DNA of 55,884 nucleotides, counting the filler, from Platydemus manokwari (Eukaryota): assembly GCA_037951405.1 (NCBI GenBank). It is 4 parts of 4 records of this genome, joined end to end, with 100 filler letters (N's around TTAATTAATTAA, not from the genome) between each part and the next. Parts side by side here need not be neighbours in the genome. Positions count along the whole stretch, not along the records: positions 9,198 to 21,689 come from JBBMOY010114455.1; positions 21,790 to 46,854 come from JBBMOY010000014.1; 2 more parts are not named here. One strand, written 5' to 3'. The notes beneath the pieces were generated by a model. That model did not search any database. It was given only the letters and a program-made list of their open reading frames with translations, and was not told the origin of the DNA. The stretch's first letter is position 1, and the number at the start of each line of letters is the position of its first letter. Both the position numbers and the translations under genes were made by a program. Below, piece by piece: positions 12,897-27,132 of the stretch.

Positions 12897-14371
12897 TAGT
12901 ATGTGCAAATAAAATAACACATTACCAGTTTGTAGATTTCTTTTACCAGATTATACAATAGTTTGTTGACAATGATCTTGACACACTTATTGACCACAAC
13001 CAAGTTCAGACAGATACGATTTCTTTAATCGAATCTCATTACAAGAAGCTCTTCAGTTATAGTATTTGATTTTAAATATTTTATACAATGAGCAAATTTT
13101 TCATGATCGTCCTCATAATTAATTGCTAACTCACGGCCTGTACTAGCCTTGCGAACTTTTAAAATCTAATAAGAAGCTCATGAGAGAATTGTCCGAGCAT
13201 CTAAGCGGCACCCATTTATTTTTATTTTAAGATTTCTGTGCTTAAACAATAGCATTACATTCTAGATTTGTAAATTTCATCTCAATTAATCAAATATATT
13301 TTATTGTTTTGCATTGCTTTATTTTATATTTAATATCTTTACTTTGACTACTATTTTTCATTACTATGAAGAGCCCCGTAATAGATCATAACTCTCATAT
13401 GAAATACTATTTAAATGAAATAAATATCTTCTTCATAGCAAGATATAATTCAAATTATGCTTTTTTTATTAATTAATAATATACTCTGATATCGATTACA
13501 GTATCATAAAAATAATTATATAAATTTTCAAACACGTCATAATATGAAAACTAGAGGTCTAGACAAAGCAACATATCAATAAACAAAAAGCAACTACAAA
13601 ATTTTAGGATAAAACTGATTAATAATAGTACAGTAACATTTGAAATAAAAATTATATAAAATAACAAAATGAAGACAAATCACACAAAAATTTGCATCAG
13701 AAAATCTGAAACCAGGTTCATTCTTAAAACTCAAAATCCAATCATCGAAAACGGTATCCGCCACAAATTATTAGCTGCGGTATTAAATTATCATTCAAAT
13801 TATCAACAATTTATTATGGTTAATTTCGATATTTAGCATCACTCAAAAATTACATTAATATTGCAACAGAACTCTTCTACTGCTTTAAAATATTGGAAAA
13901 ATAATAAGTATAAATTTCTCACCGAAACATAGTAAGCATCTTAATCGATTTCTTTAGACAAATTTTATTTTTATGAATTGAAAATCTTGGATTTGGCAAG
14001 AACATCGCTCATACAGAATTGATACAAATGAATTTAACAAATTATATTTCAGATTCAGAATATTTGACAAAGTTCTTCATAAAATGTTAGCTTGTAAAAT
14101 ACTTTTTCAAAGAATTTTCATTTAATCTTATATTTACCTTGTATACTGCATAAAGCAAGTAAAATTCTTTAATGATTTAATCAAATAATTATTCGACTCT
14201 GCAATAAATAAAAAAATACAAACGGCTCTCATTGCGCGCTTTGTTTTACCTTTGCAGATGTTGTGGAACATACAAGTCATTCATTTGGAATAATTATCTC
14301 TCATTACTCAACTTATTGACATTAAAGTATTTTAAAAGAAAAAATTCTGGATTAATCTCATTGAATATCAG

Positions 14372-17300
14372 GCACTGTGGTCAGGCGCCAGAAAGTATTA
14401 AAACCACCTCCAAATGACCACCTGTTCTATAACATTTATGATTTCAACATAGGTGAAGTTCTTCAACTTTGTGGCAAATATATAAAACTTATCTCTTGTG
14501 ATCCGTTTACAAATAACTTTTTGCGACGATTAGGGGTTGACATACGTCATCCCATACAAGCGCCAATCGATCCAATTGATTCTCTCAAATCAAAAGTACT
14601 TAAGATTTGTAGATATAAAATTTAAATTAATTAACCTAGTTATTAGGTAGAGAAAAAAAGGGGAAAGGTTTTTATAAACGAAATGACAGTTTGAGTCGTT
14701 TTCTGAATTTTAGCAGATTTATTCTCCGATTTTATTGTTTTTGGAACAATTCAGAAATTCATAGTGACCCAAGATCAATGACTTTATATTTTTATCTGGG
14801 TATCAAAGTAGTTTTTTATTGAAAATATTAATTGGATTTATTAAGAGGATGATACGATTGAAATTATGGAAAATCTTCAACAGAATTGCGGACGAGATAG
14901 TAAAGTATTTTTGAAACGTCAGAAATTACCAAAATTTTTTGTTTCAAGCAGCTTAAATTTTCCTGGTCAATTAACAGATCCATTTTATCTAAATGTTATT
15001 AAAACACGCACAAAGCAATATAAACTTACTGACTCCTCTAGTGTAATATAGTGATGAAATAATAATAATTAAAGTTTTATTCCAGCTCAGTGAAAACACC
15101 GGGATTTTCTACAAAGCAGGTGATCTAACTTTAGGTCAATATATCAATGTTTATGGGCGAAAATTTCTTCTTTGTGATTGTGATGATTTTACCAAAGAAT
15201 ATTATCGCCAAAAATTTGGGATTTGTAAGTTATTTTATGTTTAATAAGTATATTTGCATTATATTTATAAAATTTGAATATTGCGTCGATAAAAGACTGT
15301 GTAGAGATGTACATTCTCAGTTCTTCAGAAATGATTTGGTATTTGTATTAATAAAAATTGCGAATATTTTGAAAATATATTTGGAAGGCAATTAATATTA
15401 TGCTCTTTTAATTCTCCAACAATTTTCTGAATTTTAGAAATTCTCCTAACTAATCTGAATATTAAATACTTTGTTTAGAATTTAATAAAATTTATTAAGT
15501 TACAAAATTTCTTTAATTACGGACCTCGAAGACCTGTAATTTGAATCGTCGGAGAACTGGAAGATAAATTCAGAAGAAGTGCTTCTCATTTCCAGTCCAA
15601 AAAACCGAGGCGCAGCAACTCAAAAAGCAATAATCACACAGTATACAGAAATCTTGTATTTACAATGATACTTTGTCTTTAATTGTAGATGAGTGAAACC
15701 GGGATCCATAATATAAACTGATTTCTAGAGATTGTAAAGGCGTCTTCAAAATTTCGGTTATCAACATAGACACTGTTTTGATGATTGAATTTAGGTATTA
15801 TTTGTCATCTAAAATTGAATTTCTTATAAAAATTTCATTAAATTATTATTACAGATAAATTATAATATTAAATAATGCCCGAAAATTCGTTACATTAAAA
15901 TTGGGTCAAAGAACCCGTTTCTTAACTTAAGCCAATTTTTTATATTTCTTAGTAGTTAAAAAATATTTTTATTACCTTTCAAGGACAACAATATATTTAT
16001 AAATTAAATATTTATATCGTTAAATTAAATGAAAAATAACAATACATTAATAATTATCATTATTTTAATAATTTGAATTAATATATTAACAGCAATTCAG
16101 TTGATTTTCAGTCAATTGACATTAATCAATATTGGCCAAAGGGTGAGAATATTATCAAACTCATCCCACCGTACAATGGTTGGGGAACAGAGGAAGATAG
16201 TCTGGCGAATTGTTTAAGCATACGTCCGACTGAAATAATAAAATCTAAAAAGAAATATATTAACAGTAAGAGAACGATTGATGATTTGTTGTTTTTGAAC
16301 TTTCTGGCTAAAATTGACAATCCCAAAACAAAGTTTGATGAAGAAAGACGTTTTATAATTTCATATTGTATTGAAGAAGACAAGTTTTTGATTAAAGAAA
16401 AATCAAAGGATTATACAGGTAATTTTTGATTTTAGTATTGTAAAATATGAAATCGTGTATTTGAATTTAACATACTTTTAAAAAAATTTAAATAGATAAT
16501 ATTAATTAATAACTCTTATATTCATTTGAGGATTTTAAAATAAAATTATATTTGAAAAATTTTTGAATCAGATTTTTATGAAATATAAATTTGTTTAAAT
16601 CATTGTAGCTTAAATACAATTGGATGTCGTGACTTTTCAGTTTGTTTGAAGATTTTTTAGCAAATCATGTATAATAAATATGAATTAATTCTTTTAATTT
16701 AGTTGCCTTTATTCGAAGAGATCGACACAGAAGACCGAGAAACCAATGGAAAAATGAATTTATTCCGGAATATTATGAAGCTGTGAACTTCTTCATCGGT
16801 GCAATCATTTTCATAAAAGGTTTTCCATTATTTATCTTTTCATCTGATGATTATTCACTGACATACATGGAGAAAAATTGTCACCAGGTATTTAGATATG
16901 TTGCACATTTGATTTGATCTTGTTGTTTTAGTTTATTTATTCTTCCATTGAAAGAATATTAACGAAGTTAAGGAAACATTTGATTAATTCAAAAAGTGAT
17001 TTAGAATACTTTTTTAAAAATGAAGACCCTTCTGGTTCTGGATTTATTAGTTATAAGGTGTTGGAGACATTTAAAATATACTTTGCGGACGATATAATAT
17101 CATTGCAAGAACTGATAACGTTGGCACGTTATTATACATACAAGTATTCGATATTATTTAGTATTGTTATATTATTATTATTGTCCTGAAGAATTTAAAA
17201 TTAATTAATTTTTAAATAATCATATTAAGTAGAAAATATATAGATATTTAATTTGTTTAAATATTTTGATTAAATTTACTTTTGGCTCTTCTACAAAAAG

Positions 17301-19034
17301 CTAAAAATATATTGATACAATGACATAAGTTTATTTAACAAAGTATTATCTGCTTTGTTCCGTAATATGGTTTTACTTTCTCCATAAAAAGGTTTTCAAG
17401 GTCGATTTGACTCTATTGTGTGAGGTAAAATTATTTTAAAATAAGTAACTTTAATTAAATCCTGATGATAAATTCTCAGGACTACGCTGAGAGTTACAAA
17501 AACATAACATGCTTAAAAATTTCTAGCGGTAATTGAAACAGGTTGGCATTTATCATTTAAATAATTCTTGGATGTATCAGCTAAAAGGCCTCGGTCAAAT
17601 TGATTAATTACTATCAACAATTTCTAGTACATATCTTTCTTTCTGTCGACGAAATCTTTAAGTTTCTACCAAATTAATAATATTTCTATCATTATATTCC
17701 TTGATCTATTAATTAACAATTCATTTTTCGAAATCAATTTTCAATCGATTTAAAAGCGTACCAAGAGTCATATTAAAATGAATTCCTGTAATATTGTTTA
17801 AAATAATGGCTAACTATCCGGCAATATCATATAGAGTAATGTAATTGTCAGTATCAATTAAAGTAATAAATTTACCATCATGAAAAAGCTTTCATCGACT
17901 CACCTTGAACATAATGATCATCATTTATTATTTTTATTGAACGTGCTTATATTGTGAGGATGTTAGAAATAAACTTTAAAAAATTTAAACTTCAAAATAA
18001 TTAACAAATTGTAAATAAATATTTTGTTAGAAAAATTCTAAAGCAAAATCACTAATATATTGCTTAAATCAAAATATAAAATTTCTAGCATATTTTAAGG
18101 CATTTTATTTAAGCTTCCAGGCTTTGTGTTCATCAAAAATTTATCTATCATTTCACTTTCTGGTACTGAACTCACTATGTGATATGACGTTGATTTTTGG
18201 GTTGACTTTTATTTTGTTATTCGCTTTATAGTTTTCTTAAACGATTTTCCGTTTCAATGCATGTGAATTTTATAATTTAACAATATACATAACTAGAATA
18301 AAATCGAAAGTACTTTCCGGGCAGTCATAATAAATGTATTTTAATTTTATTATTTATCTTTATCAAAAGAATAATCTATTATAAATAAGACCATGTTTTA
18401 ATATTTTCTTTAATAAATTTAAAATTATTGCACTTCGGTTCAAAATCACCAACTACTTACAATACGTCAGTATAATCTAAATCTAATAATATAACTTATT
18501 TTAAAATTAGAAATCCTAATCCGAGTATAGATGATGAACAACTGATAGCAAAAATTCGTGATACATTAAGAGTCAATAATTTCATGGATTTCTACTTAAT
18601 TAAACAGAAATGGTATGTCGAATCACCTGGAACTACCAGCTTGTCCATTCCCGTGGCCAGATTGATTTTGAAAAACATTAAATTTCCATTACCAGATGAT
18701 TTGCTGTGTGATTTGCTTAGATTGTTAGAATAAATTATGATATTTTATGGGACCTATCAAATTTATTTCTAGATCCAGTTTGAAACAGGATGAAGCGGAT
18801 CTTTGTAAGTTGCTTGATATTATAGAATGGCAAAAGTTTCAACCCGTGTATTACAATTATGTCGGTAGATATCTGGAATGTGAACCATTTAATGATGATC
18901 TGTTTGAAGTGAACTTCACAGAAATGTTATCAGAAAAACACTTGAGAGTTATTTTTATCAATTTTATTATATTTAAATATTTTTATTTTATTTTATGCAC
19001 TGAATCAAAGTGCTCTGGATTTAGATTTATGTGA
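14372..19034 (+). CDS. EFHC2: EF-hand domain-containing protein 2-like (DM10-domain axonemal microtubule inner protein, RIB72/EFHC family), 5' end not found
   Basis: Phase-consistent GT-AG exons 14372-14595, 14640-14799, 14846-15042, 15086-15224, 16101-16418, 16703-16887, 16932-17143, 18511-18723, 18773-19034 (end of last exon uncertain). Motifs: SCDPFT, ILRFYCFW, YFYLEDDTIEIME..NCGRD, INVYGRKFLLCDCDDFTKEYY, PPYNGWGTEEDSLANC, EF-like DPSGSGFISY, QELITLARYY. The C-terminal FPLPDDLLCDLL extension favours EFHC2 over EFHC1. Confidence 0.88.
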
Positions 19035-19579
19035 TTACGTTCCCAATTTCATAATCATCTACTGCACTCCGTGATACCAATGAATTTACAAAGATCAATA
19101 TTTCTACATTTATTTCACTGTTTTAGCTTAGGTTTCGTTTCATAGAATAATACTAAATACACACTGAATCTAATATTTTTTAACACGACTAATCTTTTGA
19201 TCAATTTAACATTTCATACCCCTATATACCGCTGATTATCGATTAATATATTTTGCTTTATTTGTAGAAGACATAATTTGAAATACTTTTTAATGTATTT
19301 TATTAGAAATATGAAACTATTTTTTTTTAATTTGACGTCTCTAAGTAGATTATTTTACGAGAGCACTTTTGATCTTTGAAACCAAGTTGCTAAAACAGAA
19401 ATAAATTTTCTATATTGAATGGTTATTTTTTTAATTCAAAAATCTTATAGACCTCAACATATTACTCACTTTTATCTCACGTAATCATTGGAGTTTGTGT
19501 GTAAATAAATCCATCAATAGAAGTTATATGTTCAAAATGTAAATATATTCGAAGATCAATGATCAAAAATTTCAATAAT

Positions 19580-19920
19580 AAAATGGCTAGATTGAGAAAT
19601 GCAAAAGAGTGGTTAACATAAACCATTTATAATGTCTTGATGGGTGTAACGACAGAAATAATTAATGAGTTCAAATAATCTAATAATATGGTTTTATTAT
19701 TATTTACCAGTAATAGTATAATAATTTTTTAAGTCTTAGACCATATACATCATTTATTTTACATTTCCATCTTTTTATTTCCGAAATTAAGTGTCAACTG
19801 TATTTCAGATTGGTCAAATTCAATGGGAAAAGCTTCTGTTTGATATTCTCAATCATCCACAAATTTCAAAGACACATCCATCGACTCAGAAAATGCTATA
19901 CTACAGACAATGTAAAAGCA
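19580..19920 (+). mobile_element. possible Tc1-like transposase relic
   Basis: Fragments ARLRNAKEWL (~19585) and DWS/QWEKLLF (~19808-19840, frameshifted) resemble the RL.WA..H..W...QW..VLFSDE segment of Tc1 transposases. Confidence 0.25.
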
Positions 19921-21689
19921 ATAGTGATAAACAATTCACTTAATCAGATGATCAAAATATCAATTATATTCTAATGTATGATATAAAATAAGATATAACT
20001 AATTATCGAAATACATCATCAAGTTTAAGGATTTCTTAAATTGTGTATTTCAGAATATTCTCTAGAACAGATGTATTTAGTGAAATATATAATAAATTAG
20101 CATTTGTTTATATTATATTATTAATATGAGATAAATTATTACGTGGCTCCAGTTATAACAATCGTTAATTGCAGGATGATTTATAATTATTAAAAGTATA
20201 AATAATATCAAATGTCGAAAGATACAACAATTTACAATGTCTATGTGGCAGTGTCATATATTTTGAAGACAAAACCTATCACTAGTCTCACTGATGGCAT
20301 TCCACGAGTTTATTAAAAAAACCCATGGTAAAATATGGGGATTTTTGTGTAACTAATCAGTTTTGAACAAGATAAACGCATATATAATATAATAAAATAA
20401 TATTTTTCAAACCTCTTAAGTCATTATTTGGCCCATTTCCCGGATCCTTAAATGAGCTTAGTCGCAACTACAAAGAACAAATCATCAAAGTTACCAAACG
20501 GCAGAACAGAGACGCATAAAATAGTGGGAAAAGATACGAAAGTGGAAAACAAGGAGCATATATATACCGTAGATTTGGTTTTAATGAAATCAAATATCTG
20601 ATGAAAGATACACTGATGGTCACTTCTAAATAATTAATATTTTTCTAGATCAAAACCTTAAAGAAGTTCAATGATAACCTTGTTATTAATAAATATTAAT
20701 AATGTTTCAATAGTTTAATAGAATTTATATTTTTAAAAGTATAATTTTTAGAATCATTATTGAATTTAATGATAGACATTTCTGTTTCATTTCATAAAAA
20801 TATTTCATTTTTGACAATTGATCATAACTATTTTAAAATATCTCTAAATCATTTTAAGTTCCTCAATTTCTACCAAATTATTATCCGATACATGTCACCA
20901 TAAAGTTATATTTCTGCTTGTATTTCATCAAACGAAGATTTGATGCTTAAGAATTTTCGATTAATTAAGTTGGTCTGTTTAGGAATTTTAAATTTTTAAT
21001 ACAAGTTTATTGAACATTATCTACACCGATTAATTAGTTAAAGCTGGAAATCTATTAAAAATTTAAATAATAATTATATTTCCAATTAATTTTTTATTAA
21101 TAAATTTAAAACAAATACATGAAAAATACAAACACATTCTAATTAATAAAATAGATACATTCAAACCATATCAAATCGTTTACATGTTGATGGACCACAA
21201 ATCATAATATAATTAAATATAAGAAGTATCATTGGAAAAGATTGAAGAACTGCCCAATTAATTAGAATTATGACGGTCCTTTACTTGTAAATATATATAA
21301 TAGAAATAAAAGCTTTCAAGTATATGTATTTTAACGCTGGATAAAAGTGAATTTTACAAAAATAATTATGATTAATCAGTAAAAACCATTCACGATGACC
21401 ATATTATCACCAAATGGATATGAAATATTAATCTGTACCTATTATAAAATAATTTGGAAATTTTATTAATTTTATTTTCAAATTATATATATTCAAAAAA
21501 TATTTCACTGCATTTTTGTACGAATTAAATTAGACAATACTTTGTATTTATGTTATGTTTATCATCGTTGAACAGAATTTAAAGATAGGTTTCTAATTTG
21601 GGCTTCATGACCAAGTTTAGTTTGTTTTAAAATATTTATTAACACCAAAACTACAATGACACCAAAATGACACAATAAATAATTTGGCT

Positions 21690-21789
21690 NNNNNNNNNNN
21701 NNNNNNNNNNNNNNNNNNNNNNNNNNNNNNNNNTTAATTAATTAANNNNNNNNNNNNNNNNNNNNNNNNNNNNNNNNNNNNNNNNNNNN
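21690..21789. other. artificial scaffold linker N44-TTAATTAATTAA-N44
   Basis: Same 100-nt structure as 9098-9197. Confidence 0.97.
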
Positions 21790-21875
21790 TTTAACAGTTA
21801 CGGATTTGACATATTTAATAATAATATTATTGATAACTTGATTATTTATATTCTTTTCATAATTATTAAATTAAC

Positions 21876-22060
21876 AATAAATAAAAATAGTAATTATAAT
21901 AAATAAAATGATAATATTGATAATAATTATTATAATAAATAAAATGATGATATTGATAATAATAATTATAATTATTATAATAAATAAAATGATATTGATA
22001 ATAATTATTATAATAAATAAAATGAGGATATTGATAATAATAATAATTATTATTATTATA
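21876..22060. repeat. AT-rich minisatellite, unit of ~35-45 nt (tattgataataataattattataataaataaaatgat)
   Basis: About 4-5 imperfect copies built on (TAA)n; it produces the spurious poly-Ile and Tyr/Asn ORFs in the track. Confidence 0.85.
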
Positions 22061-22254
22061 AACAATCATTAGTCTTGTCTGAAACATACAAGAGGCATTG
22101 TAAATTGTTTTTCGCGGTGTAATGATATAGGATGGTGATATTGATTTTATTTGAGAAGCTTGTTCAGAAACATCAAAGAAACAATATCATAATTTTTAAC
22201 ATAACACTGATTTGACATCATGATTCTTGTTGACATAATCATATTAATTCATAG

Positions 22255-23390
22255 ATGTCAGTTCCACATATTTGAAATGATCAGATCTTTACCGAAATTT
22301 TCCATGTATCAGTATATTTCTGCCGACAAGCCCTTTAAGAAACCGTTAGGATTTGTTCAATTTTCTGCCCAAGAAAGATTACAAAGGGTTGGTATAAGAA
22401 ATCGTTATTGCATATCATATTACGTCACGTATAAAATTTTATAATCATTCTTTTACTCTCTTGCAGTTTATTCTTTGGGCAAATCAAAATTTTCTCCTCG
22501 ACAAAGAGCTAGAACTGATTTCCAAAGATCAATCGGAATTAAATTTACGATTTATATCCGTTCGTGAAAACACGGAACTAGAAATAAGCATTAACAACAA
22601 AACTAATCAGGTTGCATAGATTTTTTTTCTTATCGTTAACTCTATATGTCTTGTTGATAAGGTAACCGTTGCTACCGACAACATGGAATTTGCCGGAAAT
22701 ATTGTTCAAAGTCTCTGCGAATATTTGAATTTGGAAGATTTAGCAAGTTCTTGTAATTTCCCGAAAGAATTCAGTCTATTGAGCGATGCCATTTCGAAAA
22801 TCGAAGGTATCCAGGCGAGTCGTCAGCGAATGACGAGCGATATTGCAGATAATTCAAATATCATCAAGAATTTCATTGTCAGAGCAGAGGATTGTCGAAT
22901 AATGCGTCACATGTATGTCAATTGATATGATTATTTCTATAATTTATAATGATATAATCATTTGTATTAATTTATTAAATAATTATCGATTTTAAATCAA
23001 TTAAAATCTTTATAAATTAAAAATAAACATAAAGCGTTGTCGAGCTGTGGATTTGATTGAAAATATTTTTCATAATCAAGGCCTGGAATGAAGAAATGCT
23101 ACTCGGAATTGCTCCTCATGAATCGGGATCTCATAAATCGATATAGAATACGGTGCAACAATCATCAGGAACTGGTCAATTATCTGAAATTTATCAATGT
23201 GTTCATTCAACAAGGCGGCAATCTCAGAGGTAACATGTTTCCGTTAAGGTAGCAATCGAACATTTGAAATATTTTTCGTTCGTTTCTAGCTGGAAAACAT
23301 CGCACCCAATTGGTAGCACATTGTCGACAAGCAGTGAAAAACAATCATCTTAACCAATTGGAGAAGCTTATCAAAACCGGATCGGATTGA
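22255..23390 (+). CDS. BBS2: Bardet-Biedl syndrome 2 protein, C-terminal part (5' exons absent, likely lost at the linker)
   Basis: Exons 22255-22387, 22467-22610, 22662-22912, 23081-23229, 23290-23390 (TGA). Translation QFHIFEMIRSLPKFSMY..ERLQRFILWANQNFLL..TDNMEFAGNIVQSL..DIADNSNIIKNFIVRAEDCRIM..NRDLINRYRIRCNNHQEL..GNLRAGK..CRQAVKNN is colinear with the BBS2 C-terminus. Confidence 0.93.
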
Positions 23391-24109
23391 GTGTGTCAAT
23401 GAAATTGAATCGATGCATTTAATATAATCTGTTATCGTGAATAATAATCAATAGTGTTTTGTAAATGTTATCTTTGGCGTTAAACTGCACGATAAAAACG
23501 GTGTTAATAAAATGGTTGACTTTTTATTTTGATTTAAATTGAGCTATGTTTTAACTTAACACGTTGACGACACTTGCGTCTATAACAGTCAATCTCGAAC
23601 TTCGTTTGCTCCTATTGTCCGTCAATGTGTTAATTATTAAATTATGAATTCGCTGCTCAGCTAATCTGAACAAGAAAGTTTTACTCTGATTTTTCATTAT
23701 AAAAGATTTGTGGTTTGCAATAAGAAGAGTCAGGATTGTTCAGAATATATTTAACTGATTTCCTAAATTAGTATGCCAAGTTTCTCCTCAAACAGTTCAA
23801 TAATAATTATTATTGTAACAACATATATTCAAAATTTTGACAGATTTAGTGCTATGAATATCTGTGAATATTATATTGACAATAAAAATTAGTTAATGAA
23901 AGGTCACAAATTAAATGTGATATCCTTATAACAATAAAATAATACATTGTAGAAAACATTTCATCAATTGTTTAATGAGATTGATTTCAAAAATTATTCT
24001 GTCATGGTGATGAGCGAAATCAAAGCACCCGAAGCTTCAGCTAGAATCATATTATATGAATATAAAAACCAATTATTATTACTATTGAAAAGAGACAAAA
24101 TCTCATAAA

Positions 24110-24400
24110 AGAAAAACGATTTTGCACCCTTATTTGAGCACTCTAAACATTTGCATACCTACTCAACCATATAAGCATAGCAACCAACCAATAAAAGCTG
24201 ACTTAAATGGAAAATTCGAAAATTCTAATTCGAAAAATGGACGTGGCTACACAGTAACACACACATAGGGATTGACCAATCTGGAGCACACAAAAGCAAT
24301 AAATTCAATTGGAACTTGAGAAATGAAAGATCTAATCAAAAAGTGATGCAAACAGGATACAAATATTGCACATAAATCCCAAGTATAAATAAAGATGATC
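24110..24400 (+). mobile_element. dispersed repeat, possible Ty3/gypsy integrase Zn-binding relic
   Basis: Homologous to 11290-11535; translates in part to WLHSNTHIGIDQ..KFNW, reminiscent of the integrase H-x-H-x-G..W segment. Confidence 0.45.
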
Positions 24401-25535
24401 AACTCTCAGTTGGAAGTTAAGTTTTATATTATTCGTGCTGGTTTTGAGTAGTAGGTTTTAATGAAATACAGATTGTAACCTTCGATTCTTTTGTACCCCA
24501 ACATACAATAAGCGCTCTTGTCACATTCCTCCTATTATTTTGATCTAAATATCCTTACCATTGTTTCTCTTCAAATCTCGACAATCTTCTAATCCATCTC
24601 AAAGTGAAATCCTACGTGTTTATTTGATCATAGAAAGAATTCTGTATTTGTTTGGTTTTTCTAATTTGGAGCTCTTACATACTGTTGTTAGTTAACTCAG
24701 CAAATGAGCCAAAACTTTATAAAACAATATAATTCTTTTATTTATGGAACATCACAATATACTCAGTTAGTGAAAAAAAAGAAATGAGGGCAGAATGGAG
24801 AACAATCGATTTCTTCAAACCATAGTTAAATTTTATTCAGATTTCAAAATATAAATTTATAAGTACTAATTTCGATTGCGTCCCGCACTTTTTAATACTT
24901 TTTCCACAATTTGTAATAATTTCAGTCCTACACTTTTACCAATTCGCTACTTTTCCAATAACAATTTCATAGGTGCACCTACTGTTACTTTATTATTTTA
25001 CCAATAAATATTTTTCCGGCACAGGCTTTGAATATTGGCCATCTTAAGACTCAGTTTTCGCTCAGAATTTCGCTTTTAATTAATCGTAGATTCTGATTGA
25101 TTTGGGTCATCATCTATTCTGTTTTCGTAGTGGTATATATCGCCTTCTCCATATAATAAATCTTTAGAAATTTAATTTTTCTTGTTTCTTAGTTTCTTTT
25201 TTCTCGTATTACCTCATGTCAGTAAGTACACTTTGATACTTTAGCCATCCCACTCTGATGAAAAACAGAGGTCTGAGACTTTTTTTTAAACTACTTCTTC
25301 AATCACCTTCTTTTCCATTTCAGTTAGGTTGCAGTACATATCAACACTTGTAATTTCAGAAGTCCAGAGCATTACAGAGTCACATAAAAATGTACCAAAT
25401 CACGTATTTGTATTAACATCAATCTATTAGTTTGTGTTGTAACCCACTTTACTAGTTCAAATATTTTCGTAACTACTAGGAACTACAATAAAAATAATAA
25501 AAAATTTTAATAAAAATTTTTTAACCACCAAAAAA

Positions 25536-25706
25536 TTAAATATATCTAATAAAACCACGATTTTGCATATCCTGGCATAAGACATCAAAACCTGGCTCTA
25601 TTTCGGCGATGGCTGGTCTCAGTACTAATTTCAGATCTTTAAATTTTGTCCTAATATAAGTCAGTGTCGAAAATGAAATTTCTCGCCCCCCTTTTGAAGA
25701 ACACTG
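25536..25706 (-). mobile_element. hAT (Buster/Charlie-type) internal deletion derivative
   Basis: Terminus CAGTGTTCTTCAAAAGGGGGGCG (from 25706, minus) is directly fused to EISFSTLTYIRTKFK..LRPAIAEIEPGFDVLCQDMQ, resembling the C-terminal dimerisation region of Buster transposases. The other end was not located. Confidence 0.65.
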
Positions 25707-27132
25707 GTATAAATCTGGACTCAAAAAACCGTTACTGCACTACTTTTATAAAAAATAAAATTTATTGAAAATAACATTTAATATTGTATAAAGTGTTGTG
25801 TTTGGGGCTTACAATGGTTTTCATTTTAATTCTTATCAGTCTCAATAATATTACTATTGTGGATCACTACTGCCTTGATGAGTCTTTATGAGTCCTAATC
25901 AAGCCCAAGGTACAAAATATAAAACCTTAACCTATATATTTTCACCTCGCAATCAATACTATATGGAGATAGTATGATTGTCAATAATGACTCAATTTTA
26001 TTATAACAATCAGTCTCAAATTATCAATTTCCGAGATATAATCAATCAACAAACTATTAACTACAGTAAGATTTATTATGCAGGAAAACAGTGATACAAA
26101 AATTATACAATATGCAAGCAATTGATTTTAATATTGCGTTATAATTACTTTTATAAACAGAAACGACTACTTTACGAATTCTGGAATAAGCTACGGTTGC
26201 GAACTTCAACCAAAGAAGTTGCACCAGTTACCTCAAGAGGGTTTTTGAGATACAACTCAATGATAAAATGATATACGATACTTTATATAATATGGATGAT
26301 GATTTTACACTATAAATCGAACTAACTTTGGATTGAAACGAGATGAAAATATAAGGGCTTCTGGTACCACTTATCGGAAATTAGGAATCGAAGGCTTTAC
26401 AGCAAATACGATCGAAGATTCTGCAATAGCCGAGTTTCTAACGAATTTTTATAACAGCTTACACAATCCAGTGGTTTCTTAAGAATTACGGTTTAGTGGT
26501 TTCGGTTAATAAGAGAAGTTGTAATGTTTTCAACTCCTATACATACCTTTTTGTGGTGGCTCTTATAGCCCCAACTATAATATATTTCGCTACATTATTA
26601 TAAATATCCGATACATTTATTCAATATTGTTACAATAATATTCTCCAATAAATTAACTATTCCAGCCATTATAATTAATTGTTACTATACATAGAAAACA
26701 TTTTAAAATTAATAATATGATTATTACGTAATAATATTAATAAATTATTTATTCCAGAACTCAAAGGAAAAATAACAATAATCGCTTCATTCATGTAAGA
26801 ATAAATAAATATTCACAGTTCATCTCTATAGTAGATGAATTGCAATACAAATAAAAATTAATATTTACTAATTGATACATTTCAATTGGTCTAAAAAATA
26901 CATCGATATAAATTACTACAATATACATACAAATTGTTACAGCCAATGATTGTCAGAGTTCATTATCAGATTAAAATTATATCCTCAAAACCCCAACAAA
27001 AGCATTAAGAAATCATCAAATTATTTAAATTTTATAATATTAAAAAAATTAATTTTTAAGGAAATTTTGATTAAATAATATATTTCTTTGTTTAAATAAA
27101 TAAATGAAAATATATTCTCGAAAATATTAAAT

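Noticed and set aside
16126-16383. Antisense and alternative-frame ORFs over EFHC2, the RING gene, bestrophin, CCT8 and the retroelement
   Set aside because: Shadows of real coding sequence.
21866-22087. Poly-Ile and Tyr/Asn-rich ORFs
   Set aside because: Translation artefacts of a TAA-based minisatellite next to a gap.
26170-26669. Candidate minus-strand multi-exon gene (MAGIVNLLEN...VPEALIFSSRFNP...LKNPLEVTG)
   Set aside because: Needs 11-15-nt microexons or phase-incompatible joins; product unrecognisable.
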